64,000 bases of DNA from Candidatus Aenigmatarchaeota archaeon (GCA_016783545.1 JADHWJ010000006.1:888-64887); one strand, 5' to 3'. Counted from the first letter of the stretch, positions 26,941 to 33,780 are shown. Program-made: numbers and translations. The notes: generated by a model from the letters alone, not told the origin.

Positions 26941-27339
26941 ATGTTCCGAATAGTTATAGACACTAATCTGATAATTGCAGGCAGGTATAATGACAGGTCA
27001 GCCTCTGCTAAGATTATAGATCTTTGTTTGCAGAAAAAATTACAGCCTGTTTATTCAGATAGAGTTAAGAATGAAAACCAATGGATATTGGACAAAGTAA
27101 AACCCAGCGCTGAATACATGAAGAAAATTTATGTATTTTTTACCAAATGTATATATGTAATGCCTACTGAAAGGATAGATATCTGTTCTGATAATAGCGA
27201 TAATATCTATTTTGAGACCGCTCTGGCAGGCCAGGCACAATATATAATAACCAATGACAGGCATCTTCTGGAACATGACGGTTACATGGGTGTCAGGGTT
27301 AAAAGACCAAATGAATTCTTAAAAGAGGTTAAAATATAA
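26941..27339 (+). CDS. PIN-domain protein (PIN_3 / putative toxin family)
   Basis: Contains IVIDTNLIIAG...S.SAKIIDL...YIITNDRHLL. Length is 132 aa. Confidence 0.7.
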   Translation: MFRIVIDTNLIIAGRYNDRSASAKIIDLCLQKKLQPVYSDRVKNENQWILDKVKPSAEYMKKIYVFFTKCIYVMPTERIDICSDNSDNIYFETALAGQAQYIITNDRHLLEHDGYMGVRVKRPNEFLKEVKI

Positions 27340-27899
27340 TGTTCAAATCAGGCGCTGTTGTAAGAAAATTTGAAGTCAATGGGGAAAAAGTCATTCTTAG
27401 ATATCCAAAAATGTCTGATGCAAAGAACCTTATGAGGCATATAAACAGCCTCATTGATGAGAGAGCAAGGATTATATTAACAAAAAAGGTTACTCTGGAA
27501 GAGGAAAAGAAATATCTGAAAGGTATTATTGATAAGTCTAAAAAAGGCCTGTCAATAGACCTTATCGCCGAAGTTAATGGTGAATTTGCGGGAAAATTCG
27601 ATGTTTTCAGGGAAAGAAATCCTCCTTCAGCAATTGACCATATAGCAAAGTTCGGTCTTGGGTTGAAAAGAAAATACAGGAATATGGGCATAGGAACAGA
27701 GATTTTAAAAGTTCTGATAGAAATTGCAAAAAAGGAGTTCAAAGCAGAAATTATTGAACTTGGGATTATAGCTGACAATGATAGAGCTGTTCATGTATAC
27801 AAAGATAAGATGGGTTTCAGGGAAGTTGGAAGAATACCAAACGGTTACAAGAGAGATGGAAAATACCTTGACAGAGTAATAATGATAAAAAATATATAA
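27339..27899 (+). CDS. GNAT-family N-acetyltransferase (RimJ/RimL-like)
   Basis: Contains RNMGIGTEILKVLIEIAKKEF...GFREVGRIP. Its start overlaps the PIN stop (TAATG). Confidence 0.75.
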   Translation: MFKSGAVVRKFEVNGEKVILRYPKMSDAKNLMRHINSLIDERARIILTKKVTLEEEKKYLKGIIDKSKKGLSIDLIAEVNGEFAGKFDVFRERNPPSAIDHIAKFGLGLKRKYRNMGIGTEILKVLIEIAKKEFKAEIIELGIIADNDRAVHVYKDKMGFREVGRIPNGYKRDGKYLDRVIMIKNI

Positions 27900-28072
27900 T
27901 GGGAACTGTGGGATTATCTTTGGAAGGTTTTTAAATACATTTTATCAATTATAGTTCGTTACCTATAGATATTGTCTTTCATGTTCACAAGTTTCATTTA
28001 ATTTCAAAGAGAATCTTAGGCTTTCTTATTTGATTCTCTATAGAATTGATTTTTTCTCTTGTCTTTTCTTAA

Positions 28073-28145
28073 TCCCCTATAGCATATTTGGTTAATGCGC
28101 TCGGCTGTTCACCGAGAAAAGCAAGTTCGAATCTTGCAGGGGGGC
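28073..28145 (+). tRNA. tRNA-Asn(GUU)-like gene with atypical features
   Basis: Cloverleaf: D arm GCAT/ATGC, anticodon arm CTCGG-CTGTTCA-CCGAG, T arm GCAAG-TTCGAAT-CTTGC. Atypical points are U1-G72, U6-G67, an A7xA66 mismatch and C at position 37. The 3' end runs into CCA. Confidence 0.5.
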
Positions 28146-28570
28146 CAGGTCTTCTCCTGTAGAGGGAAGACAGTGTATCGACAACCGCTGTAATTTAAGG
28201 CTAGGCAGGATAGGACCATGGCCCATGGTGCGAGAGCTGCCTGCAAGGTTGGGGCATCAGGGAGAGGCTCCCTGATTAGCATCCGAACCAGGCGAAAAAA
28301 GGACTCGATGGTCCTTCTACGATTTCTTTAGCTCCCCCAGCGTCGGGAGCCGGAGAAGGTGGTTCCATTCAGTAGTGGGTTCTAATCCCACCCTTCTCCA
28401 TTAACAGTCTCCTTTCAGCACCGGGAAGTCCATACCCCCAATCCCTGGACCTCCTGAACATCACCGGGTCCCTGACATTGACCCAGTTAAGGCCCGATTA
28501 CATAGAGGGCAGGTCGAGAAAGGCGCGGGGGCCATGGGTGAGATCCTCCCCCTCACTCCCTCTGGCCCCT
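28141..28570 (+). ncRNA. X1: unassigned G+C-rich structured RNA candidate (~430 nt) between the tRNA-Asn-like gene and tRNA-Thr
   Basis: No credible ORF. The closing helix is GGGGCCAG (28141-48) with CTGGCCCC (28562-69). Multiple local hairpins include GTCTTCTCC-TGTAGA-GGGAAGAC, ACCATGG-cc-CCATGGT, TCAGGGA-gaggc-TCCCTGA, AAGGAC-tcgatg-GTCCTT and GCTCCC-ccagcgtc-GGGAGC. Strand is assumed from the flanking tRNAs. Confidence 0.45.
28352..28400 (+). other. tRNA-like minihelix (acceptor stem plus T arm only) inside X1
   Basis: GGAGAAGG-(15 nt)-GTGGG-TTCTAAT-CCCAC-CCTTCTCC-A. This gives an 8-bp acceptor-like stem stacked on a 5-bp T-arm with a 7-nt loop. There is no D or anticodon arm. Confidence 0.5.
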
Positions 28571-28574
28571 AAGA

Positions 28575-28649
28575 GCAGATGTAGCTCAGTGGTAGAGCGC
28601 ACTGTTGGTAACGGTGTGGTTGTGGGTTCGATTCCCACCATCTGCTCCA
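28575..28649 (+). tRNA. tRNA-Thr(GGU), genomically encoded CCA
   Basis: GCAGATG TA GCTC AGTGGTA GAGC G CACTG TTGGTAA CGGTG TGGTT GTGGG TTCGATT CCCAC CATCTGC T CCA. Confidence 0.9.
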
Positions 28650-28654
28650 ATTTA

Positions 28655-28727
28655 GCGCACATAGCTCAGTGGCCAGAGCAGAGCTTTCGTAAAGCTCAGG
28701 GCGTCGGTTCGAGTCCGACTGTGCGCT
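28655..28727 (+). tRNA. tRNA-Thr(CGU)
   Basis: GCGCACA TA GCTC AGTGGCCA GAGC A GAGCT TTCGTAA AGCTC AGGGC GTCGG TTCGAGT CCGAC TGTGCGC T. No CCA is encoded. Confidence 0.9.
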
Positions 28728-28729
28728 TC

Positions 28730-28958
28730 AGTGTGTGGTTACTGTGTGGATATGCGGCAACGTGCAACCCCTTCCACCAACAAGGCTCTATTCACCCATC
28801 CTAAAAACCTGGTGATGGGTAGTGTTTTCGCTCTCCATGGGGATAGGACACGCGAACAATAGTCACAACACAGCTCAGCACAAGCACAATGTGTTGTGAT
28901 TCGATTGATACACCTCTTTAAGGTTTAGAGTGAGACCTTGTTTCCCCAACTACACACA
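28730..28958 (+). ncRNA. X2: unassigned G+C-rich structured spacer (~230 nt) between tRNA-Thr and tRNA-Glu
   Basis: The closing helix is AGTGTGTGGTT (28730-40) with AACTACACACT (28948-58), 11 bp with one G-U pair. Internal hairpins are CCCATC/GATGGG, ACAACAC/GTGTTGT and AAGGT/ACCTT. No ORF. Confidence 0.4.
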
Positions 28959-28962
28959 CTAA

Positions 28963-29040
28963 GGTTCCATCGTCTAGCTAGGCCAAGGACACAGGATTCT
29001 CATTCCTGTAACACGGGTTCAAATCCCGTTGGGACCACCA
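28963..29040 (+). tRNA. tRNA-Glu(CUC), genomically encoded CCA
   Basis: GGTTCCA TC GTCT AGCTAGGCCAA GGAC A CAGGA TTCTCAT TCCTG TAAC ACGGG TTCAAAT CCCGT TGGGACC A CCA. Confidence 0.85.
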
Positions 29041-29610
29041 GTACTGGGGTAGGGGCCAGACACCTTAGCGGTGGGGTTTCCGTTTGAGGAGACCTTCTGC
29101 TCCTGCTTCTTTAATTTCGTCGGTGGCCACCGTCGATAGGGAAGGGATGCGAACACTCTAAGTGTAGGTCCCTTTCCGGCCCCTATTGTGAATGACCTAC
29201 TGAAGGAGGTGATGAAAACTGAGACTCATTGTCTATCTCCTGATATGGCTACTGCCAATTAGCCTTCTCAACTGGCACAGTCTTTTGGAGTGTTCCCGAG
29301 CTGTGGCCAGCTCTCATCCTATTGGCGCTGTTTTTATGGGAAGTTCTTGTTGTGACCGTGCGCATGGCTCCAGGCCATGGTCTCGCTGGCCACACGGGAA
29401 TAAGAAATGGTTCAAAGGACCATTGCCTCCTGGCCGGTGGTGATCACTACTGCTATTCAATGGGGGGACATACAAGACCTCTTGAAGCCAATCCAGACTC
29501 TAATAAGCACAGACCTCTGGGAGGAAAATGCAGCATATTGCCAAACCGAGAGAGGAACATTAAAGGGGAGCTTAGACCAACCAGATGCATTGGCTGGTCT
29601 CTCCCATTAT
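29041..29610 (+). ncRNA. X3: unassigned G+C-rich non-coding segment (~570 nt) between tRNA-Glu and gatB
   Basis: A long-range helix TAGGGGCC (29050-57) with GGCCCCTA (29178-85) encloses about 136 nt, including the palindrome CGGTGGCCACCG (29121-32). A 3' composite hairpin GGGAG..AGACCA.CCA-gatgcat-TGG.TGGTCT.CTCCC spans 29566-29605. The ORFs here look spurious. Confidence 0.4.
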
Positions 29611-29664
29611 ATTGTCATTTAAGAGGGATATATAGTTTTAATATTTTACAAACAATATTTAGTT

Positions 29665-31074
29665 ATGGGAATAAAGATAGGGCTTGAAAGTCATGTACAA
29701 TTGATATCAAAAAGCAAGATATTTTGCAGCTGCAAAAACCCATTTGCTTTAAAGGAAGATCCAGAACCAAATACACTTACCTGCCCCACATGTCTAGGAC
29801 TTCCAGGTGCAAAACCTGTGGCAAATAATTATGTAATTGATTCTGCCCTAAAGGCTGCACTTGCCTTTCAAAGTGATGTTTCAGACGAAATGTTCTTCTC
29901 TAGGAAGGGGTATTTCTACCCAGATCAGAGCAAAAACTTCCAGATAACCCAATATGAGGCTCCACTAGCCCTTAATGGGAAAGTAGAGCTAAAGATGGGC
30001 TCTAAATCAAAGCTGGTTCGCCTTAGAAGGCTACATTTGGAAGAGGACCCAGCCAAGATTATTCATATAGGGGGATTAAGTGGTAAAGGTGTGCTTATTG
30101 ATTATAATAGAGCGGGCTCTCCTCTTATAGAGATTGTAACAGAGCCTGATTTTGAAAGTCCTGAAGAGGCAAGGGTATATATACAGAAATTAGAGAGTGT
30201 ATTGGAATATCTTGGTATTTATGATCCAACAGCAATAGGCATAATCAAAACAGATGCAAATATTTCTATGGGTGGTGGAGAACGTATTGAAGTAAAGAAT
30301 ATCACAGGAAGCAAAGATATTGAAAAGGCATTGAAATATGAAATAATAAGGCAAAAAAACCTTCTTAAAAGAGGCCAGAAGCCAGAAAGGGAAACAAGAG
30401 CTTGGAACCCACAACTTGGTGTTACACAATTATTAAGAACCAAAGAAGATGAAGAAGAATATGGTTATATTACAGAACCTGACCTGACTAAGATATCTTT
30501 CAAAAAGAACCAGTTGGATGCTATCAGAAAGGACCTTCCAGAACTTCCTGATGAGAAATATAATAGGTTTGTAAAGCAGTTCAAGCTACCTGGGAAGGTG
30601 GCTGAAAGCATTGTTTCAGAACCTGATCTTGCTGAGCTCTTTGAAAATGTTTCGAAGAAAACGAACCCAAAGCTTGCAGGTACATGGGTATCTGGTTATC
30701 TGAAGAAAACATTGAACTGGCATAATCTAAGGTTTAAGGATTCTGGTATGAATCCAGAATGGATTGTTTCTCTATTAAAAATGTTCCAAACAGGAAAACT
30801 CACTGACAGGGGAGCTGAGATGACTATTAGAAAGATGGTTGAAGAAAAGAAGCCACCTGAACAGATAGTTAAGAAGCATTCCCTAGGAAAGGCTAAAATT
30901 GACCTTGATAAGGTTGTTAAGGCTATTATTGAGAAGAACCAGCAAGCTGTTGAAGATTATAAGAAGGGTGAAGATAAGGCACTCCATTTCTTGATTGGTT
31001 TAGTAATGAGAGAGACCAAGGGCCAGGCAGATGCTGTAGAAATACAAAAAGTTCTTAAGAAATTAGTAAAATAG
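29665..31074 (+). CDS. gatB: aspartyl/glutamyl-tRNA(Asn/Gln) amidotransferase subunit B
   Basis: Contains IGLESHVQL, FCSC, CPTCLGLPGAKP, LHLEEDPAK and a C-terminal YqeY-like domain. Confidence 0.9.
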   Translation: MGIKIGLESHVQLISKSKIFCSCKNPFALKEDPEPNTLTCPTCLGLPGAKPVANNYVIDSALKAALAFQSDVSDEMFFSRKGYFYPDQSKNFQITQYEAPLALNGKVELKMGSKSKLVRLRRLHLEEDPAKIIHIGGLSGKGVLIDYNRAGSPLIEIVTEPDFESPEEARVYIQKLESVLEYLGIYDPTAIGIIKTDANISMGGGERIEVKNITGSKDIEKALKYEIIRQKNLLKRGQKPERETRAWNPQLGVTQLLRTKEDEEEYGYITEPDLTKISFKKNQLDAIRKDLPELPDEKYNRFVKQFKLPGKVAESIVSEPDLAELFENVSKKTNPKLAGTWVSGYLKKTLNWHNLRFKDSGMNPEWIVSLLKMFQTGKLTDRGAEMTIRKMVEEKKPPEQIVKKHSLGKAKIDLDKVVKAIIEKNQQAVEDYKKGEDKALHFLIGLVMRETKGQADAVEIQKVLKKLVK

Positions 31075-31280
31075 ATTCAATAAAATTTATCTATTTATCC
31101 CTCTAGGGGTATAACCTTCCCACTGCACTACGTTCCATTATAGTCTCATAATCCCTTAAAAGAGCAGGATTAATCCTATCACAGAATTTATATTTTTCAA
31201 GTTTCAGTAAATCCCTTTCTAAATGGGTAATTTCTGTGCTCATAATTTTTATTTAAGAGTAAGTTTTAAATTCTTACATT

Positions 31281-31316
31281 TTCCAGAAAAAAATAAAAAA
31301 AGCGGCCGAAGCCGCT
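31281..31316 (-). terminator. UUCG-tetraloop hairpin plus T-tract after 31316..31960
   Basis: On the minus strand: TAA-GCGGC-TTCG-GCCGC-TTTTTTTATTTTTTT. Confidence 0.55.
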
Positions 31317-31960
31317 TAAACCGAAGTTAACTCAAAGTTGTAAAATCCGTTTATATCTGGTTCTATTGTTAATTGAGTTCCATCAGGTCCTATTAGTATT
31401 GGTAGATCATCTATAGTAGATGTTACATGGAACCTTAATGTTGCTCCTGGTTGGGTCTTTATCTTTATGATCTCTCTTCCGCCTTTTGTCTTTGTTGTGA
31501 AGCCAACTTTGCTGTCTTCTATCAGACTAAAGTCAAGCTTTTCGAATTTCCTTGTTTTCATTTTAATCACATCTTCTGGATCAACAACTTCTACAAAACC
31601 TCTGAAATAATTGTTCTCTCCTTTAATTCCTCTTAGCACAATTTTCCAAACAGTTATTGTTGTGTTTGTTTCATTCTTGGTTACAATTTTCTCCTTTGTG
31701 AAAACGTTTATGCCTGTAACCGGTTTTGTTTTACCTACTTCCAGATTTGCTGTTTCAGCCACTGTGAAATCGTCTGCCATAAGCGCTCTCAGTTCTGAAA
31801 GGTTTTTGATTCCTTGACCAGGGTTCGCGTTCATTGATGAGATCGTTCCAAAATAGTTCTTCTCCATTGAACCTTCTGATGCAAATACAGGAGCTGCTGA
31901 CGCTGTTCCCAATAATGCTAGAGCGAACAAAACACCCAAAAACTTATTTTCCATATTCAT
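31316..31960 (-). CDS. secreted protein, unknown family (paralogue A)
   Basis: Signal peptide MNMENKFLGVLFALALLGTASA. Shares IKGENNYFRGFVEV and RFHVTSTIDDLPILIG...DINGFYNFEL with paralogue B. Confidence 0.65.
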   Translation of the reverse strand: MNMENKFLGVLFALALLGTASAAPVFASEGSMEKNYFGTISSMNANPGQGIKNLSELRALMADDFTVAETANLEVGKTKPVTGINVFTKEKIVTKNETNTTITVWKIVLRGIKGENNYFRGFVEVVDPEDVIKMKTRKFEKLDFSLIEDSKVGFTTKTKGGREIIKIKTQPGATLRFHVTSTIDDLPILIGPDGTQLTIEPDINGFYNFELTSV

Positions 31961-32021
31961 ACCTCCTTATTTCAAATGAACATACTGTTACCTCTTCACC
32001 TGAGGCAACAACTATTGAATA

Positions 32022-32045
32022 TAAAAATGCGGTCTCCCAACCGCA
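32022..32045 (-). terminator. hairpin plus T-run after 32061..32645
   Basis: On the minus strand: TGCGGT-tgggag-ACCGCA-TTTTTA, 16 nt after the stop. Confidence 0.5.
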
Positions 32046-32060
32046 TATTTAAAAAAGTTT

Positions 32061-32645
32061 CTAATTTACGTATAGTTCGAAGTTGTAGAAACCATCTACA
32101 TCAGCTGTTATATCCAAAGGCTCAGTGTGTCTGCCAACAAAAATTGGCATGTCTTCCACTGTAGATGTTACATGGAATTGAATTGTTGAACCCTTTGTGG
32201 TTTTTATTACAAGACCATCCTGTCCGCCAAGAGTTCTTGTTGAAAAACCTACTGTATTTCCTGATAGATCTGCAAAATCTCTTGTTGCTCTATCAAAGTA
32301 TCTTGTTCTCATTTTCAATACAGATCCGTTAACAGCCTTTATCTGGCCTCTGAAGAAATTCTCTTCTCCTTTGATTCCGCTCCATGTTATGTGCCAAATT
32401 TCTTTTTTTCCTTTTTCTTCAACCCACACGTGAAAACCTGTATCAACTCTGGGTTGTCCGGGATCTATTCTTTTATCAGCCGTTTGTCCTGGATCTATAG
32501 ATTTACTTAGAGCTATATTGAAACTTTGCGGTATTCCTAATGCCCAATAATCCATTACATCCATTGCACTTGCATTAGGAACTGCTGATATCAATGTTAG
32601 TGCTACTAACATAACAGCCACTATTCCTATAGCGTTTTTGTTCAT
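32061..32645 (-). CDS. secreted protein, unknown family (paralogue B)
   Basis: Signal peptide MNKNAIGIVAVMLVALTLISAVPNASA. Shares IKGEENFFRGQIKAV and QFHVTSTVEDMPIFVG...DVDGFYNFEL with paralogue A. Confidence 0.65.
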   Translation of the reverse strand: MNKNAIGIVAVMLVALTLISAVPNASAMDVMDYWALGIPQSFNIALSKSIDPGQTADKRIDPGQPRVDTGFHVWVEEKGKKEIWHITWSGIKGEENFFRGQIKAVNGSVLKMRTRYFDRATRDFADLSGNTVGFSTRTLGGQDGLVIKTTKGSTIQFHVTSTVEDMPIFVGRHTEPLDITADVDGFYNFELYVN

Positions 32646-32830
32646 ATTATACCTCCTTGAAAGAAACAGGTATGGAACGGTATATAATACTAAGGCGGAA
32701 CAGATGGAACCAGTAGAACTGAAGACTTTTCAAGAAAGATGCTCATGCCTTTCGCATGGCACACGTACTGAAAGTACGATGGTTCAATCAGAAAGGAGTT
32801 GCCTTCATAAACTCGGGCAGCTTCCGAAAA

Positions 32831-33577
32831 TTATTTCTCTAAAAACCAGTCAGAAAGTCTTATCATTTTAGTTGTACCGTAGTCGTCTATCTCTATAATA
32901 TTTTTCGCTTTCAGCTTCTTCAGTGTTCTGGAAAGCGTGCTTTTTGGAAGGGTTGTTTCCCTTGCAAGTGCTTTCTGGGTTATTTTATTTTTCTTGAAAA
33001 GAACATCAATTATTTCCTTTTCCTTTACTGGAAGAGTTTTTATTAGATCTCTCTGCCTTTCTGTGAATTTTTCTTCTTTCTTGGCTTCTTTCTTTTCCTT
33101 GGGCTTTTTTTTGGTTTCTTTTGGTCTCAAAATAGGCCTTTTCTTTAGATATGCAAGACCGAATAGAATTAAAACTATGGCCACAAAGGACGCTATAAAA
33201 ATAGGATAATTTTCTCCACTATTCACATATTTAACTTCAAGTGTTTTCTTGCCTTTTATATTCCAGTCTACAATAAGTCTTCCAAACTCAGATGATGTTC
33301 TCCCGTTATGGGAAACAGATTTTGTTTCAACATTAAACGGTAAAAGCACTCTTACATCTGTTTTTTCTTCAAAATTAATACTGTAAGAGAAAGTCCAGGT
33401 ATTTCCCCTTTTTTTTGTAAGTTTATTGGTATCATATATATTTTCAATATCATTTATTTTCTCAATAACATGCGCTTCTCCTATATCAGATATGGTTATA
33501 ACTACAGAATCTTCTGCGGCTGCAATAGGTATTGCTAACATTAAAAGAGCCAATACGAATACTATTACTGTTTTCAT
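32831..33577 (-). CDS. membrane-anchored protein with extracytoplasmic N-domain and cytoplasmic winged-helix DNA-binding domain
   Basis: Signal/TM MKTVIVFVLALLMLAIPIAAA, a second TM PIFIASFVAIVLILFGLAYL, a Lys/Glu linker, then the HTH KITQKALARETTLPKSTLSRTLKKLKAKNIIE. Confidence 0.6.
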   Translation of the reverse strand: MKTVIVFVLALLMLAIPIAAAEDSVVITISDIGEAHVIEKINDIENIYDTNKLTKKRGNTWTFSYSINFEEKTDVRVLLPFNVETKSVSHNGRTSSEFGRLIVDWNIKGKKTLEVKYVNSGENYPIFIASFVAIVLILFGLAYLKKRPILRPKETKKKPKEKKEAKKEEKFTERQRDLIKTLPVKEKEIIDVLFKKNKITQKALARETTLPKSTLSRTLKKLKAKNIIEIDDYGTTKMIRLSDWFLEK

Positions 33578-33615
33578 AGTATCAGACTTAATATTTATCT
33601 ATTGACACTTGTAAA

Positions 33616-33780
33616 TGGACCCGGGATGATTTTGGACTAACTACCTTTTCAGGTAGTCGGGTTTTCGAACATCCATCTCTTGGTTTCCTCGATAAAAATC
33701 AAGAATTCCTATCAGCTGAAACTTTTTTTGAGGAAAAACTTCTCCGAAGCCAAGTGCTCTATCCATTGAGCTACGGGTCC
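33616..33780 (-). tRNA. tRNA-Arg(UCG) with two introns (canonical 37/38, ~59 nt; T-loop, ~34 nt)
   Basis: Exon 1 (33780-33744): GGACCCG TA GCTC AATGGATA GAGC A CTTGG CTTCGG. Exon 2 (33684-33663): A CCAAG AGAT GGATG TTCGAAA. Exon 3 (33628-33616): CATCC CGGGTCC A. The intervening blocks contain helices TTCCTC/GAGGAA and CTACC/GGTAG. Confidence 0.7.

Noticed and set aside
28141-28570. Calling X1 the SRP RNA.
   Set aside because: The terminal helix and the UGUAG-loop hairpin fit. However, I could not find the universally conserved helix-8 GGAA tetraloop with the flanking AGCA/GGCA loops on either strand. It is left unassigned.
28478-28804. 108-aa ORF in the RNA island.
   Set aside because: It runs straight through two well-formed tRNA-Thr genes and is an artefact of stop-poor G+C-rich sequence.
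29050-29185. The 136-nt helix-closed element in X3 as a 5S rRNA.
   Set aside because: The length and terminal helix fit, but the conserved 5S motifs (CCGAAC, GUUAAGC, the loop E AGUA region) are absent.
29209-29253. A C/D-box sRNA (GTGATGA ... CTGA ... CTGA).
   Set aside because: The box spacing is wrong: the first CTGA lies only 3 nt after the C box. There is no C' box and no terminal stem.
28141-29610. Calling X1 or X3 the RNase P RNA.
   Set aside because: Only fragmentary look-alikes of CR-I and CR-V are present (GGGAAGTCC, GAGGAAAATGC, GGGGAGCTTAGA). They are in the wrong order or spacing to form P4.
29322-29687. 121-aa ORF and nested 71-aa ORF in X3.
   Set aside because: They have no SD and an implausible His/Gly/Cys/Arg-rich composition. 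The longer ORF overlaps the well-supported gatB start in another frame. It probably reflects G+C-rich non-coding sequence.
31103-31243. A 46-codon minus-strand ORF (MSTEITHLERDLLKLEKYKFCDR...) downstream of gatB.
   Set aside because: It is plausible as a small helical protein, but it has no SD or recognisable motif. It is not reported as a feature.
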